In this document: piece by piece, positions 43,596 to 53,656 of the stretch
Numbering within the stretch: position 1 is the first letter of the stretch
Layout: each line of letters starts with the position of its first letter
Assembly: GCA_963677495.2 (NCBI GenBank)
Contig: CAXXOU010000004.1
Location: forward strand, 288,001-352,000
Source of the DNA: Candidatus Cloacimonadales bacterium
Lineage (GTDB): Bacteria > Cloacimonadota > Cloacimonadia > Cloacimonadales > JAFGVF01
Length of the DNA: 64,000 nucleotides
Direction: 5' to 3'
Notes under the pieces: generated by a model
The model's input: only the letters and a program-made list of their open reading frames with translations
Databases searched by the model: none
Told to the model about the DNA's origin: nothing
Position numbers and translations under genes: made by a program

Positions 43596-45869
43596 ATGAA
43601 AAGAACGATTATCTTAGTTTTATGTCTATTCGGTTTAGCTTTTTGCTTTGCTGAAGGAGTAGCACCTAATGGAGCAGGGACTTCTATCAATCCATATTTG
43701 ATTAACTCGGTGGATAATCTATTGTGGATTAGTACAAATCCCGGCACTTGGATTCAAGATGTATATTTCAGACAAATAGCGGATATTGATGCATCAGAAA
43801 CTCAAAACTGGAATGGGGGAGAGGGATTTGATCCGATTGGGTGGAGGATCTATTTCGATTATAGTGATCCGTTTCAAGCAACTTACAACGGGAATGGTCA
43901 TAGCATTTCAGGATTGTATATAAACAGACCTAATGAAAATAGTATTGGTTTGTTTGGATATACATATTTTGCTGAGATCGAGAATTTAAACGTTATTTAC
44001 TCTAATGTAATCGGATATGATTATGTAGGCACAATAGTGGGATTTTCATTAGAATCAGAGATAACCAACTGTAATAGTGGGGGGACTGTATTCGGACATA
44101 ATAGTGTTGGAGGAGTTGCAGGTTATGTAAAAGAGACATATTCTTCCGGTTGTGAGAATACAAGTGCAATAACAGGTTGGGATTATGTAGGAGGAGTGTT
44201 TGGACGTGTAATAGATTGTACAGTGCTATCAGCACAAAACCTTGGCTTAATCAATGGAAACGATTATGTTGGTGGTTGCCTGGGATATGTGGAAGACCAA
44301 AGCTCAGTTGCGCATAGTTCTTCCGAAAGTGATGTTAGTGGTAATATGTTTGTGGGAGGATTTGCCGGATTAAATAGTGAACAATCAGTTATGAACAGAT
44401 GCTTCACAATTAACTCAGTAATCTCAGGAGAGGAATATGTTGGAGGATTCGTAGGTAACAACTACTTAGGAAGTGATATTACTAGCTCATACGCTGAAAA
44501 CGAAGTAAGTTCTCAGAATATTGGAGGTGGTTTCTTCGGGAGGATTGAGGGGGCTACCGAGATAGTGAATTGTGGTTTCCCGGAAGATTCGGTCGTGAAT
44601 AGTCCAAATATTATTAGAATCGGCTCTCTTGATAATGACTTATACCTACTATGGCAAAATTCAGACTTGCATTTGGAAGCGGAGGATTTCTATAGTGCAG
44701 AGGGTGATTACTTCCTCATTAGTAACGAAACAGATTTTTTGAAGTTGAAGCTATTCGGACAATATCCTGATGGAATGTATAAACTAACAAACAATCTTGA
44801 TTTCTCAGCTTATCCGAATGAGTATGTTCCATTGTTTAAGGGTGTATTTGATGGTATGGAGAATTTTATTACAAATCTGAATATAACTTCAAGCTATCAT
44901 GGAGTCGGGTTATTTGGGTGTGTTTATGATAGTGAAATTAAATCTTTATCCATCACAAACAGTACAGTAATGGCAACTGAGCGAGTCGGACTATTATCAG
45001 GTATTGCTTGGAATTCATCAATCAGCTTTTGTGAAGTTGAAGGGAGTGTTACGGGGAACAGAGATGTTGGTGGTATAATAGGACTATTAGCCCAGTATTC
45101 AGGTTTAAGTAGTTCTTCTGCACATTGCACAGTGACTGGAGAAGACCGGGTTGGTGGATTCTGTGGTGAGGTAAGTGTTAATACTTCAATCCATGATTGT
45201 TATAACATGGGAACAGTCTCTGGTCAGAGCACAGTTGGTGGATTTGTAGGAGTTATGGGTACAATGTGTGACATAAGCAAGGTTTATTCTTCAGTTCAAG
45301 TTTCAGGGGAGGAGATAACCGGTGGCTTAATCGGGCTAATCTCCAACTCACAGTTCTACGATTCAGTTTGGAATAGTGATTACTCTGGGTTAACTGATCC
45401 TTATGGTAATATCAATTGGACAAGCCAAGTAGAAGCAGTTGATGCTGACAGTATTGCAATGAGAGATATTAATACTTACCTTGCACTGGATTGGGACTTT
45501 GCTGGAGAAACTACCAATGGAACAGATGATTTTTGGCATATCGCTCATAATGTGAACGAAGGCTATCCCACTCTTCAAGATGCGCCAACAAGCCTTTGGG
45601 GAGAGGAAGTGGTTAGCACTATTCAATCATTGGGAATTTATCCTAATCCATTTAAAGGCACTACTAACATTTACTTCACAATAGATAAGGGTGAAAGTGG
45701 GAAGTTATCAATCTATAACATAAAAGGACAAAAAATAAGTTCTTATGAGTATAGTCATGGTAAACACAATTATATATGGGATGGTTCAGACTATAGATCC
45801 GGTGTGTATTTCTATAGACTTACAACAGATAAGTCATGCATAACTAAATCGATGATATTGCTTAAATAG
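43596..45869 (+). CDS. Secreted GLUG-like (VGG) repeat protein with T9SS-type/FlgD-Ig C-terminal domain
   Basis: GGAGG RBS before MKRTII; signal peptide; GAGTSINPY, many VGGxxG repeats; YPNPFK...IYNIKGQ...SGVYFY. Confidence 0.82.
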   Translation: MKRTIILVLCLFGLAFCFAEGVAPNGAGTSINPYLINSVDNLLWISTNPGTWIQDVYFRQIADIDASETQNWNGGEGFDPIGWRIYFDYSDPFQATYNGNGHSISGLYINRPNENSIGLFGYTYFAEIENLNVIYSNVIGYDYVGTIVGFSLESEITNCNSGGTVFGHNSVGGVAGYVKETYSSGCENTSAITGWDYVGGVFGRVIDCTVLSAQNLGLINGNDYVGGCLGYVEDQSSVAHSSSESDVSGNMFVGGFAGLNSEQSVMNRCFTINSVISGEEYVGGFVGNNYLGSDITSSYAENEVSSQNIGGGFFGRIEGATEIVNCGFPEDSVVNSPNIIRIGSLDNDLYLLWQNSDLHLEAEDFYSAEGDYFLISNETDFLKLKLFGQYPDGMYKLTNNLDFSAYPNEYVPLFKGVFDGMENFITNLNITSSYHGVGLFGCVYDSEIKSLSITNSTVMATERVGLLSGIAWNSSISFCEVEGSVTGNRDVGGIIGLLAQYSGLSSSSAHCTVTGEDRVGGFCGEVSVNTSIHDCYNMGTVSGQSTVGGFVGVMGTMCDISKVYSSVQVSGEEITGGLIGLISNSQFYDSVWNSDYSGLTDPYGNINWTSQVEAVDADSIAMRDINTYLALDWDFAGETTNGTDDFWHIAHNVNEGYPTLQDAPTSLWGEEVVSTIQSLGIYPNPFKGTTNIYFTIDKGESGKLSIYNIKGQKISSYEYSHGKHNYIWDGSDYRSGVYFYRLTTDKSCITKSMILLK

Positions 45870-45870
45870 A

Positions 45871-45895
45871 AAAGGGCTACATCTCGGTAGCCCTT
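45871..45895. terminator. Terminator between convergent genes
   Basis: AAGGGCTAC...GTAGCCCTT. Confidence 0.7.
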
Positions 45896-45911
45896 CATGT
45901 TTATAATAAAT

Positions 45912-47456
45912 TTAATGTCTAAAATGTCTCATTCCGGTCATAATCATTGTTATGCCGTATTCGTTACAAGCTTCAATGCACTCTTGATCACCTTTTGAAC
46001 CACCCGGTTGGATGATTGCTGTGATACCTAGTTCATGCATAGCATCAATACTATCTCTGAATGGGAAGAATCCATCAGAAGCACAGATAGAACCTTTTAT
46101 CTCTAAGCCGAACTTCTTAGCCTTACTAATAGCTATCTCAGTTGAGTCAATACGAGATGTTTGACCAATACCAAGTCCAATTGTTCTATCGGCTTTGGTG
46201 AAGCAAACAGCATTAGATTTGAGTGTTGCTACAGTGCTCCAACCAAACTTAAGAGCTTCCATCTCTTCTGCTGTCGGTTGTCTGTCAGTTGCAACTTTCC
46301 AGTTATTAACATCATCTTTGGCATAATCAAGATCCTGACTTAAATATCCGTCAAGACAAGAGACAGTGTATTTACTGTTAAGAAGGCGTTTAAGTCTCTC
46401 AGGGGAATAGGTGAGAAGTCTTCTATTCTTCTTCTTCTTAAGCTTTGTTTCCGCTTCTTCACTGTAAGATGGAGCTATAATAATCTCTGTGAAAACCTTA
46501 TTAATAGCTTCTGCTCCGGCAAGAGTCATCTCTTTGTTAGTAATCACGATTCCACCAAATGGGGAAAGAGTATCTGTGGCGAGAGCTTTTGCATGAGCTT
46601 CTTCGATAGTCTCACCGGTAGCAATACCGCATGGGTTAGTATGCTTTAGGATAGCTAAACATAACTTATCATCAAACTTCCCAATAAGCTTAAGAGCTGC
46701 ATCTATATCGATGAAGTTATTGTAAGATAATGCTTTGCCATGGAATACTTCCACTATTTGCTCTGCATTTCTTGAGTAGTAACCTGCTGATTGATGTGGG
46801 TTTTCACCATATCTAAGTTCTTTGTTAAGTGGTGTAGATACTTGTAGATAACCTCTAATATCTCCTTCTAGTCGTCCACTGAAGTAGTTACTAATCAAAC
46901 TATCATAATCAGCAGTATGTCTGAATGTTTTGAATGCAAGATATTCTCTTGTATCAAGCGTTGTACTACCAGTCTCTTTGATCTCATCAATCACTTTCTC
47001 ATAATCAACCGGATCAGTAATAACTGCAACATCGTTATGATTCTTTGCAGCTGAGCGAAGCATAGTTGGCCCACCAATATCGATGTTCTCGATAATCAGT
47101 TCATGACTTGCATCAGGATTTGTAACAGTTTGTTCGAATGGGTAGAGATTCACAACAACCATATCAATCATAGAGATCTTAAGCTCTTCAGCTTCCTTCA
47201 TATGACTGTCAATTGATCTGTTTGCTAAGATTCCGCCATGCACAAATGGATTAAGTGTTTTGACTCTTCCATCCATTATTTCAGGGAATCCGGTAACATC
47301 TGTTACTTTGATTACATCAACACCTGATTCTTTTAAAAGTCTGTGTGTTCCCCCTGTTGAGATTATTTCGAAGCCAAGTTCTGTTAATGACTTTGCAAAC
47401 TCAACAATTCCACTTTTGTCTGATACACTAATCAGAGCTCTTTTCTTTGTGTTCAT
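45912..47456 (-). CDS. purH: Bifunctional AICAR transformylase/IMP cyclohydrolase
   Basis: RALISVSDK, GRVKTL, IDIGGP, LRYGENPHQ, KHTNPCG, SDGFFPF, RHFRH. Confidence 0.97.
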   Translation of the reverse strand: MNTKKRALISVSDKSGIVEFAKSLTELGFEIISTGGTHRLLKESGVDVIKVTDVTGFPEIMDGRVKTLNPFVHGGILANRSIDSHMKEAEELKISMIDMVVVNLYPFEQTVTNPDASHELIIENIDIGGPTMLRSAAKNHNDVAVITDPVDYEKVIDEIKETGSTTLDTREYLAFKTFRHTADYDSLISNYFSGRLEGDIRGYLQVSTPLNKELRYGENPHQSAGYYSRNAEQIVEVFHGKALSYNNFIDIDAALKLIGKFDDKLCLAILKHTNPCGIATGETIEEAHAKALATDTLSPFGGIVITNKEMTLAGAEAINKVFTEIIIAPSYSEEAETKLKKKKNRRLLTYSPERLKRLLNSKYTVSCLDGYLSQDLDYAKDDVNNWKVATDRQPTAEEMEALKFGWSTVATLKSNAVCFTKADRTIGLGIGQTSRIDSTEIAISKAKKFGLEIKGSICASDGFFPFRDSIDAMHELGITAIIQPGGSKGDQECIEACNEYGITMIMTGMRHFRH

Positions 47457-48462
47457 CCTCTTTCAATATTTCCTTTATTATCTCTTTTATTTCAGTTTTA
47501 TCAATGTTTTTACTAAGCTTAGTATAAGATTGCTTATCAATAGGTATTTTCAGCTCAATAGAGGCTGTTTCTGTCTCATTTGGACAGTTAACTGATGGTA
47601 AGTGTTCCATAATTGAAACAAGAACAATACCACTTAAAATAATGAACCAATTGATATAGACCCATAAAAGGAAAATCGGAATAGATGCCAATACTCCGTA
47701 AGATATCTGTATGTTTGTAAGGTTACTGATATACCAGTCAAACCCAAGCTTCACTAAGAACCATACAAATGCTGTAACTATTGCTGATTTAGCGATAGAT
47801 TTAATCCTCATGTTACCTGTTGGAACAAAGAAATAAAGGAAAGCAACAAGAAGAAACTCGATCATAATTGGGTAGAGGTAAGTTGTAATTTGCTGGATAA
47901 GTGAGTTCTTTGTGAAGTTGTTCCATACCGGTGCTGAGATAGCAGTAAAGAGAATTAATATCACAAGGAATCCAAAGAAGATTGTACCGAAGAACTTCAA
48001 GAAGTTAAAGATAAAGTCAGAGCTCTTCTCCTCTTTAATTCTAAGTATTCTATCAAATACTGTATTAATTCCATTAAACAGTGAATAGGAAGTAATAATA
48101 AACAACATGAAATTGAAGAAGCTAAAGGAAGTAGTCTTTGATAGCAACTGTGTTATAAAGTCAGCCAATGTCTCAGCTGATTGAGGGAGGAAAAAGTTCT
48201 TCAAGAAAGAGTCTAAGACTTCATGGAAGTCAAAGAACGGTAGATCAGGTAGCATCATCACAATAAATATAATGAATGGAACAAATCCTAAGAATGTAAT
48301 AAAGCTTAATGATGAAGCTTCAGAGAATATCTTATCCTCGTTGATTCTTTGCCAGAACAGTTTGAAGAAGTTAATCCCCGAGGTGAACGTCTGCTTTCTA
48401 TAAGCTGTACTACTTACGAAGTTTTTAATCTGTATAAAGAAATTCTTTTCGCTCTTACTCAT
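47428..48462 (-). CDS. YihY/virulence factor BrkB family membrane protein
   Basis: ASSLSFITFLGFVP, several TM segments, YGVLASIPIFLLWVYINW. Confidence 0.88.
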   Translation of the reverse strand: MSKSEKNFFIQIKNFVSSTAYRKQTFTSGINFFKLFWQRINEDKIFSEASSLSFITFLGFVPFIIFIVMMLPDLPFFDFHEVLDSFLKNFFLPQSAETLADFITQLLSKTTSFSFFNFMLFIITSYSLFNGINTVFDRILRIKEEKSSDFIFNFLKFFGTIFFGFLVILILFTAISAPVWNNFTKNSLIQQITTYLYPIMIEFLLVAFLYFFVPTGNMRIKSIAKSAIVTAFVWFLVKLGFDWYISNLTNIQISYGVLASIPIFLLWVYINWFIILSGIVLVSIMEHLPSVNCPNETETASIELKIPIDKQSYTKLSKNIDKTEIKEIIKEILKEDEHKEKSSD

Positions 48463-49690
48463 ATCTTAATGCTTTCACCGGGTCAAGATTGCTTGCCCGT
48501 ACTGCCGGAAAGATTCCGAATATAAATCCAATCCCAACTGATACCAGTATTGCAGCAAGCACCATGGACTCTGTTGCGACAGCTTTCATTTGTAAGAAAC
48601 CTGCAACTAAATCAAGAACTGATAATCCACCAATGACTCCTAAGATACCTCCAACAGATGTTATGATTATTGTCTGAATCAAAAACTGTAGGAAGATATC
48701 AAATCTTCTTGCACCTACTGATAAGCGAACGCCAATCTCTCTGGTTCTTTCTTGAATTGTGGCAAGCATAATGTTCATGATCACGATACCACCAACAAGT
48801 AGTGATATGGCAGCAACAAGAAAGAATATCATTGTCATTAGCTGAAAGTTCTCATCAGACTGGTTAGATTCCTCAAAGTTGGATGTAACCCTCATAAGTT
48901 CCTTACCTCTGTTGAAGTTAAGGATCATATTGTTCAACTTCTCTTTAAGTGCTACAGATTCTTCCGGGGAGTTAGCTGTAACATTAAGATTCCAGATTCT
49001 ATCATCTGCTTTCTCTTTTATCAACATTGTAGAGATTGGGATAAAACTGTTCCAATTCTTCCAATCCATAGCATTATCGCTTTGACCCTCACCGGCCCAT
49101 CTGTTCTTCATGTAGCGATGTTTCATTATGCCAACTACAAGATACTTCTTACCATTTAGCGTTATGAGTTTATCTATAGCAGGTTCATTCCCAAAAAGAG
49201 CTTTCTTAACATTGGTTCCTAATACAACTACATCTGTCTTTCTACGTATATCTGTATCAGTAATAAAACGTCCTTCTTGAACAGTCCACTGTTCAGCTAT
49301 TTCATAATCAGGATAAACACCCACAACATTCTTTTGCTCTTTCTTGGTACCGTTACTCATTCTAACCCACATGTCACTCGTAGGGTTAAACGCTTTAGCT
49401 TCAGGGCACTGTTCTCTTAGAAAATTTACTTTTGCAAGCGTCAGACTTTTATCAACCCATTTGTCATTTCGATCATATTCCCAGTTCGGGTAGATATTTA
49501 TTTTGCTTAGTCCTCCGGATTGCATCATCCATTCCATAGACATCTCTTTAACTCCATTTACTAGAGCTAAAACTACTATGATAGACATGATGCCTAAGAT
49601 AATCCCGATGATGGTTATAAGGCTTCTAATCTTTCGAGACCAGAAGTCAGCAAAGCCTACTACAATTGATTGACTAAGAGAAAGCGCCAT
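48455..49690 (-). CDS. MacB/FtsX-family ABC transporter permease
   Basis: GGIVIMNIMLATIQERTREIGVR; PAVRASNLDPVKALRYE. Confidence 0.92.
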   Translation of the reverse strand: MALSLSQSIVVGFADFWSRKIRSLITIIGIILGIMSIIVVLALVNGVKEMSMEWMMQSGGLSKINIYPNWEYDRNDKWVDKSLTLAKVNFLREQCPEAKAFNPTSDMWVRMSNGTKKEQKNVVGVYPDYEIAEQWTVQEGRFITDTDIRRKTDVVVLGTNVKKALFGNEPAIDKLITLNGKKYLVVGIMKHRYMKNRWAGEGQSDNAMDWKNWNSFIPISTMLIKEKADDRIWNLNVTANSPEESVALKEKLNNMILNFNRGKELMRVTSNFEESNQSDENFQLMTMIFFLVAAISLLVGGIVIMNIMLATIQERTREIGVRLSVGARRFDIFLQFLIQTIIITSVGGILGVIGGLSVLDLVAGFLQMKAVATESMVLAAILVSVGIGFIFGIFPAVRASNLDPVKALRYE

Positions 49691-50354
49691 CTTCTATAAA
49701 TCCGTCTTTTATTGTAATTACTCGATCTGCTTGTTGTGCTACATGATTATCGTGCGTTACCATTACGATGGTATTACCCTGCTTATGTAGCGTATGGAAA
49801 ATGTTTAGGATATCTCCACCTGACTGGCTATCCAAATTACCTGTAGGCTCATCAGCAAGTATCAGAGCAGGATTGTTAACAATCGCTCTTGCAATAGCAA
49901 CACGTTGCCTTTGTCCACCGGAAAGCTCTGATGGCTTATGTTTTACACGATCTTCAAGTCCAACACTTCTTAATACTTCTAATGCTCTTTTCTTACGTTT
50001 TCCTCTACTCAAACCTGAATACATAAGAGGTAACTCAACATTCTTAAGGACAGAAAGGTGGGGGAGAAGGTTAAATGTCTGAAAGATGAATCCAATCTTA
50101 TCGTTCCTAATCGCTGCAAGCTGTCTTTTCTTAACTTGAGAAATCGGAGTTTCGTCTAAAAAGTAATCTCCCTCAGTAGGTGTGTCAAGACACCCTAAGA
50201 TATGCATAAGAGTGCTTTTGCCTGAGCCTGATGGTCCCATGATCGCAACGAACTCTCCTTTACGAACGGAGAAGTCTAAACCTTTCAGGGCATTAACAGT
50301 TACTTTGCCCATTTTGTAGTCTTTTTTTAGGGAACTTGTTCTAATTATATCCAT
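49674..50354 (-). CDS. ABC transporter ATP-binding protein (LolD/MacB-like)
   Basis: GPSGSGKST, LSGGQRQRV, ADEPTGNLD. Confidence 0.95.
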   Translation of the reverse strand: MDIIRTSSLKKDYKMGKVTVNALKGLDFSVRKGEFVAIMGPSGSGKSTLMHILGCLDTPTEGDYFLDETPISQVKKRQLAAIRNDKIGFIFQTFNLLPHLSVLKNVELPLMYSGLSRGKRKKRALEVLRSVGLEDRVKHKPSELSGGQRQRVAIARAIVNNPALILADEPTGNLDSQSGGDILNIFHTLHKQGNTIVMVTHDNHVAQQADRVITIKDGFIEDGAFS

Positions 50355-50554
50355 TAAATATCTCTCTATTGTATGTATTGTAAGTAATCTTCATTTATAT
50401 TATTTGTCAATCTAATTTAGGTTCTGTAAATATCCGTTCCTACTAATGCAATATGTTTTTTATTAAAAGTTACTTTACTGGAGTACTGGTGCTTTAATCC
50501 TTAGAAAGAATTATGTAGAAATCGACTCGTTCGATTATCTGAAAATACACTTCC

Positions 50555-50640
50555 AACCACGGCTCTACCACGGGTAAACCACGCCCAAACCACGCAAGCC
50601 GTGGTCAACCCGTGGTTTACCCGTTGTCAATCCGTGGTCA
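50555..50640. repeat. 11-bp-phased palindromic CCACG/CGTGG array
   Basis: CCACG at 50557, 50568, 50579, 50590; CGTGG at 50600, 50611, 50633 and CGTTG at 50622. Confidence 0.85.
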
Positions 50641-50679
50641 AGTTTGCCACATCTGTTAAGCTTCGTTAGGTCAAGTGAC

Positions 50680-50708
50680 AAAAAAAGGAGAGACCTGAAT
50701 CTCTCCCT
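50680..50708 (-). terminator. Probable terminator
   Basis: A7-GGAGAGA...TCTCTCC. Confidence 0.65.
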
Positions 50709-50724
50709 AAAAGCATTAATATTC

Positions 50725-51423
50725 TTATTGCAAATCTACTAGAACTTGATCCCATAACATATCATCTTCTTGCTGATAGTAGTATATCAGACCATATCCC
50801 GGAGCATAGTAATAAAAGCTCTCATACTCATTGGGATCGCCAGAACCAGGGAAAAAAGCTCTATATTCAACGCAGGCAAAGCTACCTAACGGTGTGTTTA
50901 TAGTTTTGTTGAGCGAAGTGCATTCGGCCATTAGATCGCCACCCATTGAGTTATTATTTACATCAATCATAACCCAGCTATCACCAACATTGATTGGGAA
51001 CTTAGCTATAAGAAATGTGAGATTGCCATCTACAATATCATCTTCATTACCAAGATTATACTTAGGAAGGTGATCTCTTTCAGCTATTTTTCTACCAAAT
51101 ATGTCGAAGTCGCCAATTCTTTTACTTGGAAAGCAATGGACTAATCCATAGTCTAAAAGTTTTGCAATAGCTACATTATCTCCCTCATTTCCAGTCCAGT
51201 CAATAACATACCAACCTGTTCGATCATCAGGTCCTACAAATTCAGTTGGGATGTAACTTAGAGTATCATTCTCGACAGGATTATTTGCATTGATAAAGCT
51301 ATATCCCCATCTATGCCCTTCTTCAACAGGGACAATATCCTTTCCATTAGCTGAATATATCCACTCAGATTGACCACAACCAAATAACGCTAAGATAACT
51401 ATTATAATCGCTATGTATTTCAC
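50725..51423 (-). CDS. Hypothetical lipoprotein
   Basis: GTG start after AGGAGGG; lipobox LFGC; TPLGSFAC...YYYAPGYGLI. Confidence 0.75.
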   Translation of the reverse strand: MKYIAIIIVILALFGCGQSEWIYSANGKDIVPVEEGHRWGYSFINANNPVENDTLSYIPTEFVGPDDRTGWYVIDWTGNEGDNVAIAKLLDYGLVHCFPSKRIGDFDIFGRKIAERDHLPKYNLGNEDDIVDGNLTFLIAKFPINVGDSWVMIDVNNNSMGGDLMAECTSLNKTINTPLGSFACVEYRAFFPGSGDPNEYESFYYYAPGYGLIYYYQQEDDMLWDQVLVDLQ

Positions 51424-51431
51424 TTTCCCTC

Positions 51432-52163
51432 CTAATTTAAATGAAATTCTATCAACTCATATTCTGTACAGAAGCTTCTTGAATCATTATCAACATAGAG
51501 AATCTTAACAAGTCCGACACCTTCTGCATAATAATAGTATCGTGAAAACCCATTATCAACATCATTATCAAAGTCCCCTATGTATTCGTATGTCTCTTTA
51601 TATACTATACATACGAAATCACCAGCCGGTGTACTTACTGACTGGTTAAGGTTAACACATTTCATCATGTCATTGAAAGTGCCCGGTTGACCTTGATTAT
51701 CTTCCAAGGTGTCTGTCATAAGAATCCATTCTTCTTGATATTCGACGGGGAATTTTGTTACTAGATAAGAGATAAAGTTATCATCTTCGGGATTGCTCTT
51801 ACCTTTTTCAGTAAGAATACGTTTAGTTTTCATCCCAAGTAAACTATGTGGTTTTTCCTCATTCCTATCCCAGCAATAGACTAACCCTTCAGCTGTTTGT
51901 TTTGCCAGCATAGTGTTAACACCATCATTTTTGCTCCAAGTAACCTCTGCCCAGCCTGACTTACCATCAGAACCGGTTCTTGAAGTTGGTACATATCTGA
52001 GAGTGTCTGTTTTGCCTTCATAAACAGTATTTACGACCCAATAACTACCCTCAGATATTCTGAAATGAGGTGTGAAACTTTTATCTGCAGGATTTGTTAC
52101 GCTCTCTTCACAACCGACGAGCACTGCTAACACAAGCAGTAAGAAAAATAAATATCTAGACAT
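51432..52163 (-). CDS. Hypothetical lipoprotein (paralog of 50725-51423)
   Basis: GGAGG RBS before MSRYL; lipobox LVGC; TPAGDFVC...YYYYAEGVGLVK. Confidence 0.75.
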   Translation of the reverse strand: MSRYLFFLLLVLAVLVGCEESVTNPADKSFTPHFRISEGSYWVVNTVYEGKTDTLRYVPTSRTGSDGKSGWAEVTWSKNDGVNTMLAKQTAEGLVYCWDRNEEKPHSLLGMKTKRILTEKGKSNPEDDNFISYLVTKFPVEYQEEWILMTDTLEDNQGQPGTFNDMMKCVNLNQSVSTPAGDFVCIVYKETYEYIGDFDNDVDNGFSRYYYYAEGVGLVKILYVDNDSRSFCTEYELIEFHLN

Positions 52164-52264
52164 CTGTCCTCCCGATTTTCTACACAGGACAATTAATAGC
52201 TCCCGTTTTTTGTTTGGCAAGCATAAAATCTTATTAAATGCTAATTTCGGGAGGTTTGTTTAAA

Positions 52265-53527
52265 TTATCGAAGCATTACAACTTTCTTAATCTGATGAGT
52301 TCCAGATGAACTCTTAATAAAATAAATTCCGGCACCACAAGTATTTCCTGCATCGCTTGTACCATCCCATTCGAAAGACTTGGTCTTTATCTGAAAGGTT
52401 TTAACAAGTTGTCCCTTGATATTATAAATACTAATAGTCGAAGGTTTATTAGTCTTAATAGAGATCGTTGAACAGCTATTGAATGGATTAGGGTAAGAAC
52501 TGATTGTATCAGCTAGAGGTTGTAGCAAATCCTCATTGTCCAATACTGGAACATAGGGGATATGATATGGGAATCCATTGTTATCAATCATATCAATTTC
52601 CCATACATCGACAAAGTCCCATGTTAAAGTCAGATATGTGTCTTCGATTTGCATTTCGCTTACAGAACAGGATATAACATTGGTTGCAGTCCCAATAGAT
52701 GTTGCAGGGAATGCACCTTCAATAGCGTTTTCGATACACCAAACACAATTAGTAATACTGCCTTCATTTAATGCTGTTAGGGCATACGCATCAATTGAGT
52801 TATCAGTTATGAAAGCATATGAGTTAATGATAGTTGCTTGTGGATTACAGATTCCAACAATTCCTGCACATAGACCTGTTGAATTGTTCAGATCACCATT
52901 ATAGTAACAATCAGAAACAATTGAGTCTGCACAATGCCCGATTAGACCACCACATGCATAGAAGTTTCCTGCAACACTGACTTTACTGGAACATCTGGAT
53001 ATAGTAGAGTTCATTGATGCAGATGCTACTAGTCCACCGCAATAGTAGTCTGCAGTGATTTGACCTGTAACATGACATTTCTCTATCTGAGAGTTCTGCA
53101 AGAAAGCTACTAAACCTCCGCTATTTCCTGATGCATCAGAACTAAAGTCAATGTTGTCCATTGTAAGATTTTTAATGCTACCCTCATTCACTACTCCGAA
53201 TAAACCTACTACGTTTCCATACTGAATCGTTAAGTTAGAGATGCAATACCCATTTCCATCATATATACCATTGAAAGGAGCAGCCCAACTCCCTATTGGG
53301 ACAAATCCAATTGTCGGTGCTTCAGATGCGTCAATATCTGATGTCTGGATAAAATGCGATTCATTACTCCAAATGTTAATATTAGAGCTCAGCCAGTCGA
53401 TATTGTCCCAATTTTCTATTCTATAGGGATTGTCTTCAGTTCCATCTCCTAAAGGAATAGTTCTATCTGCAATTAATTGGACCATAACAGCCAATAGAAC
53501 CATCAAAGGCACCAGTCGTTTGTTCAT
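52265..53527 (-). CDS. Secreted GLUG-like repeat protein with T9SS-type/FlgD-Ig C-terminal domain
   Basis: Signal peptide, GDGTEDNPY, GGLV repeats, YPNPFN...IYNIKGQLVK...WDG...GIYF. Confidence 0.82.
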   Translation of the reverse strand: MNKRLVPLMVLLAVMVQLIADRTIPLGDGTEDNPYRIENWDNIDWLSSNINIWSNESHFIQTSDIDASEAPTIGFVPIGSWAAPFNGIYDGNGYCISNLTIQYGNVVGLFGVVNEGSIKNLTMDNIDFSSDASGNSGGLVAFLQNSQIEKCHVTGQITADYYCGGLVASASMNSTISRCSSKVSVAGNFYACGGLIGHCADSIVSDCYYNGDLNNSTGLCAGIVGICNPQATIINSYAFITDNSIDAYALTALNEGSITNCVWCIENAIEGAFPATSIGTATNVISCSVSEMQIEDTYLTLTWDFVDVWEIDMIDNNGFPYHIPYVPVLDNEDLLQPLADTISSYPNPFNSCSTISIKTNKPSTISIYNIKGQLVKTFQIKTKSFEWDGTSDAGNTCGAGIYFIKSSSGTHQIKKVVMLR

Positions 53528-53656
53528 TGTAACTCTCCTAATAATATTATAGCAAATTGATTAAGCTGTATATTGTATATGTCAAGAGTATAATTTTAAC
53601 AATAACTATATTTCTAATTTTACCTTTTGTATTGTGATAGGAATACTGACAATGAA

